The notes under the pieces: generated by a model
What the model saw: the letters and a program-made list of their open reading frames with translations, nothing else
Databases searched by the model: none
What the model was told of the DNA's origin: nothing
Position numbers and translations under genes: made by a program
Part shown: piece by piece, positions 18,734 through 28,254 of the stretch
How the letters are laid out: each line of letters opens with the position of its first letter
How positions within the stretch are numbered: the stretch's first letter is position 1
Origin: Chloroflexota bacterium
Lineage (GTDB): Bacteria > Chloroflexota > Limnocylindria > P2-11E
Length of the DNA stretch: 64,000 nt
Direction of reading: 5' to 3'
Assembly (NCBI GenBank): GCA_005883625.1
Contig: VBDU01000080.1
Location: forward strand, 41,453-105,452

Positions 18734-20599
18734 ATGCGCAGCGAAGACACCGAACGGAGCGAACGGCTTCGGAGCGTCGATCTCGCGTCCGGTCTGGACC
18801 GCGTCGCGCTCGCCCGGCTCGCGGCTTACATGACGCCGCTCGCCTTCGCGGCGGGAGAGCTGCTCTGCGCCGAGGGCGACGCCGCCGACGCGCTCTTCAT
18901 CGTCGTCCGCGGCCGCTTTTCCGTGCACGTGGGCCGCGACGGCGACGAGCGTCGCGTGAACACGATCGGGCCCGGGCACTACGTCGGCGAGCTCGCGCTC
19001 CTCGTCGACGAGCCGCGCACCGCGACGATCCGCGCCGAGACCGCGGCCGAGGTGCTCCGCCTCGAGCGCCAGCAGTTCCTCGAGCTGCTCGATCGAGACG
19101 CACCCGCCGCGAAAGCGGTCGCGGCGACGCTCGCGCGGCGGCTGCAGCGGCGCGATGCGGGCGTCGGGCGCGACGAAGGCGAACCGGTCCCGCTGCGCAT
19201 TCCCGCGCAGGCGGCGCGACCGGGGCGCCGCCCCGCGGCGAAGGTCGCCGGACTCGTCCTCGCGGGCGCGCTGATCGTCGCGGCGTTCGTGCCGTTCGTC
19301 GACCTCGCGCAATGGAAATTCGCCCTCCTCCTCCTCGCCGCCGTGACCCTGTGGGTCACCGAGCCGGTGCCGAACGTCGTCGTCTCGCTGGGCCTCGTCA
19401 TCACGTGGATCCTCTCGGGCATCGTGCCGCCGTACGCCACCCTCACGGGCTTCGCGTCGATGAGCTGGGTCTTCGTCGTCTCGGTGCTCGGGATCGCGAG
19501 CGCGGTCGCGCGATCGGGTCTCCTCCTGCGCGTCGGCCTCCTGCTCATCGAGCGGGTGCCCGCGCGGGTCGGCTGGCAGTCGGCGGCGTTCATCGGCACC
19601 GGCATCATCCTCACGCCGCTGCTGCCGCTCGCGCTCGCGCGCGCGGCGATCACCGGCCCGCTCGCCGAAGGCGTCGCCGACGCGCTGCGGCTGCGCGAGC
19701 GAAGCCCGGCGTCGGCCGTCATCGGCCTCTCCGCCTGGATCGGCTCCGGTCCGTTCATCTTCCTGTTCCTGAACGGCTCCCCGGTCTGTCTGCTGGGCTG
19801 GAGCCTCATGCCGCTCGCGGCGCAGGATCGCTTCACCTGGCTCCAGTGGTTCGTGGCGGCCGCACCGCTCGGCGTGATCCTCGCCGCAGGGTGTTTCGGG
19901 GCGCTTCGCGTCTTCCACCGCTCGGAGGCGATCGTGGGTCCTTCGCGTGGCCCGCTCCGGCTCCAGCAGGCGGTCCTCGGGCCTCTCTCGCGGCGCGAGC
20001 TCGCGCTCTGCGCGATCGTCGCGCTCATGATCGTCGGCTGGATCCTCGCGCCGCGGCTCCTCATCCATCCCGGACTCGTCGCGCTCGCCGCGTTCATCGC
20101 GATGATGGTCGTGACCGGCGCGTCGAACCTCGGCACGATCGACTGGGACTACCTCGTCTTCTACGGGGTCGCGCTCACGGTCGCGAACATCGCGGAGGGG
20201 CTACGGCTCGACCGCATCGTCGGCGAGAACGCCGCCCTCGCACTCGCTCAGGCGGGCATCGGCGGGCCGGCGTTCGTGCTCCTGGCGGGCGTCCTCACGA
20301 TCGCCGCCCGGTCGCTCCTCGCCGCCGACCAGGCGATCCTCCTGCTGTCCCTGGCGCTCATCCCGGTCGCGACCGCCGTCGGCGTGCACCCGTGGCTCGC
20401 CGTCGTCGCCATCCTCGCGCTCGGCCTCAGCTGGCACGTGCCCGCGCAGTCACCCGAGTACCTGGTCGCCTACGGCGCGACCCACGGCCGCCTCTACACG
20501 CACGGCGACGCACGCCGGATGGCGTTCGCCTACGACGCGATCGCGCTCGCCGGTCTCGCGGTCTGCCTTCCGTACTGGAGCGCGCTCGGACTCCTGTAG
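18734..20599 (+). CDS. Cyclic-nucleotide-binding domain fused to a multi-TM anion/citrate-type permease (SLC13/ArsB-like)
   Basis: cNMP motif GELALLVDEPRTATIRA followed by about 12 TM helices. The ORF-track start at 18548 overlaps the divergent epimerase gene; the real start is ATG 18734. Confidence 0.75.
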   Translation: MRSEDTERSERLRSVDLASGLDRVALARLAAYMTPLAFAAGELLCAEGDAADALFIVVRGRFSVHVGRDGDERRVNTIGPGHYVGELALLVDEPRTATIRAETAAEVLRLERQQFLELLDRDAPAAKAVAATLARRLQRRDAGVGRDEGEPVPLRIPAQAARPGRRPAAKVAGLVLAGALIVAAFVPFVDLAQWKFALLLLAAVTLWVTEPVPNVVVSLGLVITWILSGIVPPYATLTGFASMSWVFVVSVLGIASAVARSGLLLRVGLLLIERVPARVGWQSAAFIGTGIILTPLLPLALARAAITGPLAEGVADALRLRERSPASAVIGLSAWIGSGPFIFLFLNGSPVCLLGWSLMPLAAQDRFTWLQWFVAAAPLGVILAAGCFGALRVFHRSEAIVGPSRGPLRLQQAVLGPLSRRELALCAIVALMIVGWILAPRLLIHPGLVALAAFIAMMVVTGASNLGTIDWDYLVFYGVALTVANIAEGLRLDRIVGENAALALAQAGIGGPAFVLLAGVLTIAARSLLAADQAILLLSLALIPVATAVGVHPWLAVVAILALGLSWHVPAQSPEYLVAYGATHGRLYTHGDARRMAFAYDAIALAGLAVCLPYWSALGLL

Positions 20600-20618
20600 G
20601 TCGCGGTCGCGAGTCGCG

Positions 20619-21347
20619 CTACAGACGCGTCTCGACGAGCAGGATCTCCGCGCCGTCCGGCCCCGCCGCGATCGCGATCTCGTCCTCGTCGCGGATCTTC
20701 GCCGCGCCCCCCTCGTCGAGCTCGGGACCAGCGAGCGAGCCGTGCACGACGAAGAGATAAGCGCCGAAGCCGCGCCGCAAGCGGTGACGCGCCGTGCGGC
20801 CCGCGTCGAGGAGGCCCGCGTACACCGCGGCGTCCTGGTGGACCGTCACGGCGTCGGTGGCGCGCGGCGCGTCCGGGGCGCCGTAGCCGTCGGCCGGGAC
20901 GAGGACCGCCTTCAAGACGTTGCGCCGCGACTCCTCGCTGAAGGAGCGCTGCTCGATGCTCGGCTCGAGCCCGCGGCGTGACGGGATGATCCACATCTGG
21001 ATGAACCGCATGGGCTCGATCTTCGACCCGTTGCGCTCGGAGTGCTGCATCCCCGAGCCGAGCGTCGCGCGCTGGACCGAGCCGGGCGGCAGGATGCCGC
21101 CGTTCCCGCGCGAGTCGGCGTGCTCGAAGGTGCCCTCCGCGACGTAGGTGATGCCCTCGATGTCGCGGTGGGGATGCATGGGCCACGCGGCGCCCGGCAC
21201 GAGCGTGTCGTCGTTGAACACGCGAAGGTCGCCGAAGCCCATGTTCGCTTCGTCCCAGTACTGGTCGAAGCTGAAGTGCCAGTACGCGCTGAACCAGCCG
21301 CCTTCGGCGTGGAACAACGACCCCCGCGGTCGCGCCTGGATGGTCAT
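20619..21347 (-). CDS. Pirin-family cupin protein
   Basis: HPHRDIEGITYV...WIIPS motifs. Start ATG at 21347 (MTIQARP). Confidence 0.85.
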   Translation of the reverse strand: MTIQARPRGSLFHAEGGWFSAYWHFSFDQYWDEANMGFGDLRVFNDDTLVPGAAWPMHPHRDIEGITYVAEGTFEHADSRGNGGILPPGSVQRATLGSGMQHSERNGSKIEPMRFIQMWIIPSRRGLEPSIEQRSFSEESRRNVLKAVLVPADGYGAPDAPRATDAVTVHQDAAVYAGLLDAGRTARHRLRRGFGAYLFVVHGSLAGPELDEGGAAKIRDEDEIAIAAGPDGAEILLVETRL

Positions 21348-21382
21348 CGCGTTCGTGGCCCGCCGACGCGGGCCCCCAAGCC

Positions 21383-21727
21383 TTAGGCGGCCTGGCCGAG
21401 ATGCGGCTGGAGCTGCTGCAGCAGACGCTCCTTGGGCATGTAGCCCACGAGACGCTGCGCCTCGCGACCGTTCTTGAACAGGATCATCGTCGGGATCGCG
21501 CGGACGCCGAAGCGACCCGCGGTCACGGGGTTCGCATCGACGTCGAGCTTGGCGATCTTGATCTTCTCGCCCTGCTCGCTCGCGATCTCCTCGAGGACCG
21601 GCCCGACCATGCGGCAAGGGCCGCACCAGGTCGCCCAGAAGTCCACGAGCACGGGCGTATCCGACTTGAGCACGTCCTGCTCGAAGCTCTGGTCGTTCAC
21701 CACCTGCGGCTTTGCCATCTCGGTCAC
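21383..21727 (-). CDS. trxA: Thioredoxin
   Basis: WCGPC active site, 114 aa. Confidence 0.9.
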   Translation of the reverse strand: MTEMAKPQVVNDQSFEQDVLKSDTPVLVDFWATWCGPCRMVGPVLEEIASEQGEKIKIAKLDVDANPVTAGRFGVRAIPTMILFKNGREAQRLVGYMPKERLLQQLQPHLGQAA

Positions 21728-21734
21728 GCCTCCT

Positions 21735-24182
21735 CTACCACCTGAACGCCAGCTGCTGGCCCATTTGTTCCACTGCAGGTTCGAGGCCCAGAACGGCTTC
21801 CAAGCCGTCCAGGCCGGCCTCCGGGCGAGTGGCCCAGGACCGCAGCGGGCCCCACTTTACGAAGCGCCAGGCTCGCCGTCGAACGAGGTCCGCGAGGGCC
21901 GGGGAACGGCGCAGCTTGACCTCGGCCAGGGGCCGGCGCTCGTCCGCGATCGCGAGGAAGCGGAAGACGCGGTCCTCGTCCGGGATGGATTCGCCGATAC
22001 CCGCCACGCTGCGGTGCAGCCGCGCCGTCCACTCGAGCTGCCAGCAGAAGACCATGCGGCCGCGGTCGTGCCACAGCACGTCCACGTACTCCAGGGCGTC
22101 GGCGGTCTGGCGCGTGAGCTGCGCGACGCGGGCGGCACGCTCGGCCTCGGTGAGGAGATCGGCGAGGACCGCGCCGCGATCGGCGAGGCCTGCGGGCAGC
22201 GCGCGCCGCTCGAGGTCGCGCCCGACGTGGACCTTGAAGCCGAGGCGCCGGCCGACGTCGACGAGCTGCGCGGCGAGGAGCGTCTGGTCGGCCTGCCGGC
22301 GCACCAGGCCGTCCTCGTCGCGCAGGCGCCACCGTCCGTCGTCGCCCTGGCGACCGTAGGCGGCGATGCACCGCTCGACGAGCTCGCGGTCGGGCGTCTC
22401 GATGCCGCGAAACAGCCCGTAGCTCCGGCGGAGGAGCGCGCGCGTCTCGACGTCGCGCGCCGACGAGAGAAGCCCCCAGACCGCCCACTCGACGCGATCG
22501 TCGAGCGGCGTCGTGTCGACCGGCTCCGTGAGCGCGTAGAGCGTCGTCTCGGCACGGTGCTCCGCGTTCGCGCCGTCGAGCGTCAGGCGTGTGATGCCGG
22601 AACGACGGCCGTCGGCGAGCGCCGAACGGAAGTGATCGAGGAACTGCTCGAGCTCCGAGACGCCGCTCGCCCGCGCGAGCGCGAGCGGCGCGAGCAGGCG
22701 CCGGGCGCCAAGGGACTCGAGCGCCGCGACCCCGGCGATGTCGGTGCCCGCGGGCTCGCCGCGCGTCACGATCGCGTCGCGCACCCCGGCGCGGATCGCG
22801 TCCTCGATCGCGGCCGCGTCCGCCGCGGGCTGATCGCGCAAGAGCGGGACGTCGCGGTCGAAGTCGCAGAGCGCCGCGGCGCCGCTTCCCCCGCCCACCG
22901 TCGCGAGTGCGTCGCGCTGGTAGACGATGCCGCGGAGGCGGTAACCCGCGCCGGCCGCGGCGAGGACGACCGCGGCGACGCTCGCCAGATCGGCATGCGG
23001 GACGTACACGACCGCGGGCGCCTCGGGACGCGAGCCGCGGTGCCCGTCGATGAGCGCGGCGCGCATCGTGCGGAGCAGGCGCTCGCGCGCAACGACGCGT
23101 CCCTCGCCAGAGTCGGGGGGCTTCACCCCCCGGCCCCCGAGAAGGACGATGCTGGCGACGGCGGCCCATCCGCCGAGCACGTCTTCGACGGGCGCCTGGC
23201 AGAGGACGAGGTCGGCGTCGCCCGCGTCGAGCGCGATGGTGCCGGCGCGAGCGCGCGCGGGCGGCGTGTGGTGCGCGAGCCATGCGACGAGCTCGCGGAC
23301 CGTGCGCTCGAACTCGAGCCACACGTTGATCTCGCGCGACTGGGCGGCGTGCGATCGGCGCGCGCGCCCCTTCTCGAGGCGGAGCGGAGAGCCGTGCCCG
23401 GCGAGCGCGTTCAGCCGGCTGCCGCCCAGGAGCACCTCGATGAAGCAGAGCTTGAGGAAGTCCGACACTCCGGGGGGTCTGAGGGGGGCGCTGCCCCCCT
23501 CAACTGTTGTCTCGATCGCGCGCAGCGTCGCCATGAGGGCGGTGAGGTTGCGCGGCGTGTAGAGCGCGGCGACGCTCTCGCCGAGGGCCTGCGCCGCGGG
23601 GTCGGGGCCGAAGCGCTCGACGAGCTGCCAGTACGCCATCCCGCGGGCCTCGCATCGGCGCGCCGACTCCGCGTCGGCATCGGTCGTGGCCTCGATCAGC
23701 AGGGCGCGGCCGTCGCGCGCGCAGATCCCGCAGCGGAACGCCTTCTTCGTCGGCGCTTGGGCGTCGCGGTCCCACAGGAACGCCTCGACGATGACCGGGC
23801 CGCGGCACGTGGCGCAGGTCGAACCGTAGAGCTCACGCATCCCGACGCGATGCGGCGTGCCGACGAGCGCGCTCTCGCCGACGCGGTCGAGCGCAGCGAG
23901 GATCTCGTCGCCGCGCGGAGCCGTCGCGACGACCAGGCGCGCCCATTCGCCGAGACGCTCCCGCGAGCGCGCGATGCCGCGCCGGTCGGCGGCCTCCGCG
24001 GCGTCGGCCGCCGACCACGGATGCCCGAGCGGGTCGAGGACGATCCCCCGACGCGGCGAGTACGCGGACGCGTAGAGCGCTGCGAGCGCCGAGGGGAAGG
24101 CGGTGCCGAAGCGGTCGAGAGGCCGCGGGAGCGGGAGCGTGTCCAGCGGGACGATGGACCGGACGCGCTCACCCTGGCTCAA
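21735..24182 (-). CDS. Large (about 815 aa) uncharacterised protein with an internal CxxC...CxxC zinc ribbon; TTG start overlapping the upstream stop (TTGA)
   Basis: CATCRGPV...[10 protein letters not shown], long non-repetitive sequence. No recognised catalytic motif. Confidence 0.5.
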   Translation of the reverse strand: MSQGERVRSIVPLDTLPLPRPLDRFGTAFPSALAALYASAYSPRRGIVLDPLGHPWSAADAAEAADRRGIARSRERLGEWARLVVATAPRGDEILAALDRVGESALVGTPHRVGMRELYGSTCATCRGPVIVEAFLWDRDAQAPTKKAFRCGICARDGRALLIEATTDADAESARRCEARGMAYWQLVERFGPDPAAQALGESVAALYTPRNLTALMATLRAIETTVEGGSAPLRPPGVSDFLKLCFIEVLLGGSRLNALAGHGSPLRLEKGRARRSHAAQSREINVWLEFERTVRELVAWLAHHTPPARARAGTIALDAGDADLVLCQAPVEDVLGGWAAVASIVLLGGRGVKPPDSGEGRVVARERLLRTMRAALIDGHRGSRPEAPAVVYVPHADLASVAAVVLAAAGAGYRLRGIVYQRDALATVGGGSGAAALCDFDRDVPLLRDQPAADAAAIEDAIRAGVRDAIVTRGEPAGTDIAGVAALESLGARRLLAPLALARASGVSELEQFLDHFRSALADGRRSGITRLTLDGANAEHRAETTLYALTEPVDTTPLDDRVEWAVWGLLSSARDVETRALLRRSYGLFRGIETPDRELVERCIAAYGRQGDDGRWRLRDEDGLVRRQADQTLLAAQLVDVGRRLGFKVHVGRDLERRALPAGLADRGAVLADLLTEAERAARVAQLTRQTADALEYVDVLWHDRGRMVFCWQLEWTARLHRSVAGIGESIPDEDRVFRFLAIADERRPLAEVKLRRSPALADLVRRRAWRFVKWGPLRSWATRPEAGLDGLEAVLGLEPAVEQMGQQLAFRW
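23114..23140. repeat. G/C hairpin repeat (CGGGGGG-CTTCA-CCCCCCG, then GCCCCCGA), inside the large hypothetical gene
   Basis: 7-bp stem. Encodes GG..PP-like peptide. Confidence 0.55.
23481..23501. repeat. G/C hairpin repeat (GAGGGGGGC-GCT-GCCCCCCTC), inside the large hypothetical gene
   Basis: 9-bp stem, 3-nt loop. Confidence 0.55.
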
Positions 24183-25993
24183 GGCAACGTGAAGAGTACG
24201 GCCCTCCTCGCGTCCACGACCACGCCGACGGTCTTCCCGTCGCGCGAGACGACGACGTCCTGCACGGTGCCGCCCGCGCCGAGCTCCTCTATCGCTCCGT
24301 CCGAAGGCGCGATCGCGATGAGCCGGTCGACCCCGTCGACCACGACCGCCCGGCGACCGACCGCGAGCCGCCGGCCGTCCGTGAACGTCGTCGTCCAGCG
24401 GCGCGAGCCGTCGGGCGCGAACGACGTGAGCGAGGTCTGATCGAGGAGGTACAGCGTCGCGTCGGTGCCGAACGCGATCTCGCGGACCGGCGACGCGAGC
24501 CGCGTCACCGTCTTCGCGTCGGCGAGCGAGACGCGATAGGTGCCCTGGTCGGTGATCGCGGCGACCGTCTTCCCGGCGCGATCGACCGTGAGCGCTCTCC
24601 CGGCCCCGGGGATCCGCGCCAGCGCGCGCAGCGCGCCGTCGCGGCCGGGCCGGAAGATCTCGACGTCGTAGCCGCCGCCGCTCGTCGTGCCGACAAGGAC
24701 GTCGCCGGCGTCGGTCACCGCGACCTGCGCGCCCGCCGCGGGCGTGACGATCGGGAAGGGGTCGCCGAGCGGCACGCCGTCCGGGGCGCGGCCGCCGATC
24801 ACCCCGGCGCCGCCGGAGGGCTCGCCCGTCGGTCCTTTTGAGGTCGCGACGAAGAGCCGCGTGGTCGGCACGAACAGGAGCTGCGTCGCCACGTTGTTGA
24901 AGCGCATCGGCGTGCCGACGACCTGCCCGGCGGGCGCCGTCAGGAACGTGAGCGTCTGGCCGCCGAGCGCGAAGAACCGAGCGTCGTCCGAGAAGGCGAG
25001 CGCGCTCATCCCGGCAAAGGACTGCGGCAGCGCGCGCAGCGTGTCGGCGGGATCGAACAGCGCGGCCTGCCCGCCGTCCGAGCCGGTGAGGATCCACGTA
25101 CCGTCGTCCGACAGGGCGATCCGGCGCGCCGCCGGGGCGCTTTCAAGGACCCGGGAGGGCTCTCGCCACAGCTCGGCGTCCGGGACGGGTCCGCTCCGCG
25201 CGAACGTGTACGACTGGTCCTGGCTCACAAGGCTCACGATCCCCTGGCTCGCGAGCTTCGCGACGACTTGGGCCGCGGCGTCTGCGTCGGGGTACGGGCC
25301 GAGACGCACGACGAACGGCGCGGTCCGCGTGAGGGCGGCGTTCTGAGGGGAGCCAATGGCCTTGAGCGCCTGTTCCGCGTCCGCGACGGTCGTGTACGGA
25401 CCGACGGTGACGGTGTGCTTCGTCGCCGCGCTCGCGGTGACCACGAACGACGTGCCCCGAGCGATCGCGCTCTCGAGGACGTCGTCACGAGGAAGCGCGG
25501 TCGACAGATCGCGCAATCGCTGCCAGCCGGCGGTGACGTGGCTGATGACCCGCGCGAACGCGGCGGGGTCGACGGCGTCGGCGTACGACTGCGCGTCTCG
25601 GCCGAGGTCGGTGAGGCCGTCGGCGAGGGTGACGAGCTTGTCGCGGATCGGGCCGGCGCGGTCCACCGCCGCCCCGACGACGCCGGCGCTATACGCGGAG
25701 ATCGTGTTCGCCGCGCCGCGCGCGACGACGCCGTAGCGCGCGGGGGTGACGGTCCGCGCCTTCGCGCTCGAGAGCGCGCCGGCGAGCCCGTAGTCGTACG
25801 CGGCGAACTGCAGGAGGATCGCGCCGGCGTCGCGCGCGAGCTTCGTGCCGGCCTCGGCGTCGCGCGACGGCGCGACCTTCAGCGGAGCTTCAGTGCACGC
25901 GCCGAAGAGGAAGATCGCAGCGATCGTGAGGATTGCGATGGCCGGGGGCGTGCGGGGGGTCCGAGGGGGGCGGAGCCCCCATCGACCGATCAC
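24179..25993 (-). CDS. Lipoprotein with SPOR-like domain and C-terminal beta-propeller (PQQ/WD40-like)
   Basis: Hydrophobic leader AIAILTIAAIFLFGAC, TVTVGPYTTVADAEQALKAIG (SPOR-like), repeated xGxxxV/TxDG blades. GTGA overlap with the upstream TPR gene. Confidence 0.6.
   Translation of the reverse strand: MIGRWGLRPPRTPRTPPAIAILTIAAIFLFGACTEAPLKVAPSRDAEAGTKLARDAGAILLQFAAYDYGLAGALSSAKARTVTPARYGVVARGAANTISAYSAGVVGAAVDRAGPIRDKLVTLADGLTDLGRDAQSYADAVDPAAFARVISHVTAGWQRLRDLSTALPRDDVLESAIARGTSFVVTASAATKHTVTVGPYTTVADAEQALKAIGSPQNAALTRTAPFVVRLGPYPDADAAAQVVAKLASQGIVSLVSQDQSYTFARSGPVPDAELWREPSRVLESAPAARRIALSDDGTWILTGSDGGQAALFDPADTLRALPQSFAGMSALAFSDDARFFALGGQTLTFLTAPAGQVVGTPMRFNNVATQLLFVPTTRLFVATSKGPTGEPSGGAGVIGGRAPDGVPLGDPFPIVTPAAGAQVAVTDAGDVLVGTTSGGGYDVEIFRPGRDGALRALARIPGAGRALTVDRAGKTVAAITDQGTYRVSLADAKTVTRLASPVREIAFGTDATLYLLDQTSLTSFAPDGSRRWTTTFTDGRRLAVGRRAVVVDGVDRLIAIAPSDGAIEELGAGGTVQDVVVSRDGKTVGVVVDARRAVLFTLP
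25955..25970. repeat. G/C hairpin repeat (GGGGGGC-GGA-GCCCCC) at the TPR/SPOR gene junction
   Basis: Preceded by GCGGGGGG. Encodes the Arg/Pro-rich leader of the SPOR lipoprotein ORF. Confidence 0.5.
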
Positions 25994-26862
25994 TCTTCGG
26001 CTTCGTCCTCCGTCTCCTCGTCCTCCTCGGCCTCGATGGCGATCGGCTCGTCGTGGGAGTCGGACTCGTCGAGCACCTCGTCGGCGGCGGGCGTCTCTTC
26101 CTCCGCCTCTTCGGCCTCTTCGGACTCGACCTCTTCGTCGGTGTCCCGGCCGTAGCGGAAGAACGTCCCGCGCACGTACGCCCGCTCCTTTGTCTCCGCG
26201 GGACGGTGGTGGCCTGGGAACGAGATCCGGCTCGCGTTCTCGGTGCTCTGGAGCACTTCGCGAATCGCGATGCGCGCGCTCTGCGGATCGGTGCTCACGA
26301 TCGCGGCGACGTACTGATTCCCCGTGCGGAGGAGGTCGATGAGGCGCCGCCCGACCTTCGGCTCGAGGAAGCCGAGGAGCTCGCCGTCGCGCGCGTGGAC
26401 GGCGAGGAGGCCTTCCTGCTCGCGGAGCTCGCACTCGGCGCCCGGGCTGTACTTCGCGAGGACGTGCGCCGGGGCGGGGTTCATGAGCCTGAGGATCCCG
26501 GTCTTCCCCATGTCCTCGATGAAGAGCCGGGGCTGCGTCCTGGTCGTCGTCGTGTTCGGCTTGCCTTTGTGCTCGAGGAGGGCGATGACGCGGGCCTGGC
26601 CGCGCAGAGCGATCGAGTTGTAGGGCTCGGTCTTCAGGACCTCGGCGAAGGACACCTTCGCATCCTCGAGCTTGCCCTGCTCGACGAGGGCGCGGCCGAG
26701 GCGGTTCCGGGCCTCGAGGTCGTCGGGCGCCGCCTCGATGATCTTGGCGTTCAGCTCGACGGCGCGGGGCCAATCGGCCTCGAGGGCTGCGGCGGTGGCC
26801 TGGTCGGCCAGGGCGCGAACGCGAAGACCTTGATCAGGGACCCGTGTCACTGGTGCCTCCAA
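25990..26862 (-). CDS. TPR-repeat protein with a highly acidic C-terminal tail
   Basis: TPR helices (LGRALVEQGKLEDAKVSFAEVLK..) and a terminal E/D-rich stretch. Confidence 0.6.
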   Translation of the reverse strand: MEAPVTRVPDQGLRVRALADQATAAALEADWPRAVELNAKIIEAAPDDLEARNRLGRALVEQGKLEDAKVSFAEVLKTEPYNSIALRGQARVIALLEHKGKPNTTTTRTQPRLFIEDMGKTGILRLMNPAPAHVLAKYSPGAECELREQEGLLAVHARDGELLGFLEPKVGRRLIDLLRTGNQYVAAIVSTDPQSARIAIREVLQSTENASRISFPGHHRPAETKERAYVRGTFFRYGRDTDEEVESEEAEEAEEETPAADEVLDESDSHDEPIAIEAEEDEETEDEAEE

Positions 26863-26916
26863 CGCATGAGGGTACGCCCGCGGGAATGGGCGCCTGGGAT
26901 ATGTCGATTGTACTTG

Positions 26917-26976
26917 CTCATCGCGGGCACGCTTCGCTGACAGGGGCCCCTGCCCCTGGGCCCCCGCACCCCCTAG
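26917..26976. repeat. GC-rich repeat element, copy A (CTCATCGCGGGCACGCTTCGCTGACAGGGGCCCCTGCC..GGGCCCCCGCACCCCCTAG)
   Basis: Near-identical to 39493-39567. Contains the self-complementary core CAGGGGCCCCTG. Confidence 0.7.
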
Positions 26977-27000
26977 TCAGCGTTTAACCTTGCGCGCGCA

Positions 27001-28254
27001 ATGCCGTATCTGTCCGAGATCCAGCACCGGACGGTGATCGAACCGAACGGCGACGAGGTGGGGAAGCTCGCGGACGTCGCGGTGGTCCCGCAGGGCCAGT
27101 TCCCCGCGGCCCAGTGGGCGATCCTCGCGACGCGGAACGGCGAGAAGGTGCTGCGCTGGGCCGACCTCGCCCCCGAGATCGGGCACTTCCGGCTGCGCTC
27201 GCGCCTCGCGAACACGCCCGACCAGCAGCTGCCGGCCGAGGCCCTCCGCCTCGCGCGCGACCTTCTCGACAAGCAGATCGTCGATACGCACGGCGCGAAG
27301 GTCGTGCGGGTGAACGACCTCCAGCTCTCGGAGGTCGAAGGCCAGCTGCGGCTGGTCGGCGCGGACGTCGGGATGCGCGGGATCTTCCGGCGGATCGGCG
27401 CGGAGCGTCTGGCCGAGCGCGCCGCCGGGATCGTCGGCCGGAAACTGCCGCGCGGGATCATCCCGTGGCACCTCGTCGAACCCCTGCAATCGGCCGACGC
27501 AGCGGTCCGTCTCACGGTGCCGCACGCGAAGCTCGCGCTCCTGCACCCCGCCGACATCGCCGACATCGTCGAGGAGATGACCGCGGACGAGCGGGTGGCC
27601 GTCTTCGAGCAGCTCGACGCCGAGACCGCGGCCGAGGCGCTCGCCGAGGTCGAGCCGGAGATGCAGGCGGCGATCGTCAGCGACCTCGACGAGGAGCGCG
27701 CCGCCGACATCCTCGAGGAGATGGACCCCGACGAGGCCGCCGACCTCCTCCAGGACCTCCCCGAGGAGCGTCGCGAGGAGCTCGTCGAGCTCATGGAGAA
27801 GGAGGAGAAGCAGGACGTCGAGGAGCTCCTCACCTACGCCGAGGACTCAGCCGGCGGGATCATGACGACCGACTACGTCGCGCTCGCCGGCGGGCTCACC
27901 GCGGCGCAGGCGATCGACGAGCTCCGCGTGCGCAAGCCCGATCCGCAGCTCACCTATTACCTCTACGTCGTGGACGACGAGGGCCGGCTCGAGGGCGTGA
28001 TCTCGCTGCGCGACCTCGTGGTAGCGCCCCCGGAGACGAAGCTGACCGCCGCGATGGATCCCCACGTGCTCAAGGTCGAGGCCGAGACCCCAAAGGAGGA
28101 GGTCGCGTCGCTCATCGCGAAGTACGACCTGCTGGCGCTCCCCGTCGTGGACGCGCGGCGCAAGCTCCTCGGCACGGTGACCGTCGACGACGTCGTCGAG
28201 CTCATGCTCCCGCGCGGCTGGAAGAAGAGGTCGCTTCGGTCGATCGCTAGGTGA
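27001..28254 (+). CDS. PRC-barrel plus MgtE N-domain plus tandem CBS protein (soluble, MgtE sensor half; no TM domain)
   Basis: PRC barrel N-terminus, acidic MgtE_N helix bundle (DEERAADILEEMDPDEAADLLQDL), CBS pair. Overlaps the downstream Nramp gene by 4 nt. Confidence 0.8.
   Translation: MPYLSEIQHRTVIEPNGDEVGKLADVAVVPQGQFPAAQWAILATRNGEKVLRWADLAPEIGHFRLRSRLANTPDQQLPAEALRLARDLLDKQIVDTHGAKVVRVNDLQLSEVEGQLRLVGADVGMRGIFRRIGAERLAERAAGIVGRKLPRGIIPWHLVEPLQSADAAVRLTVPHAKLALLHPADIADIVEEMTADERVAVFEQLDAETAAEALAEVEPEMQAAIVSDLDEERAADILEEMDPDEAADLLQDLPEERREELVELMEKEEKQDVEELLTYAEDSAGGIMTTDYVALAGGLTAAQAIDELRVRKPDPQLTYYLYVVDDEGRLEGVISLRDLVVAPPETKLTAAMDPHVLKVEAETPKEEVASLIAKYDLLALPVVDARRKLLGTVTVDDVVELMLPRGWKKRSLRSIAR

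Noticed and set aside
18013-24440. Long Arg/Ala/Pro/Gly-rich ORFs overlapping annotated genes on the other strand or in other frames. Examples: 18013..20760 (915 aa), 21474..24440 (988 aa), 21724..23322, 18434..20068, 7751..10057, 1934..3334, 13096..14511.
   Set aside because: These are typical high-GC frame artefacts. They show low-complexity R/A/P/G composition and no motifs, and they always overlap a well-supported gene.
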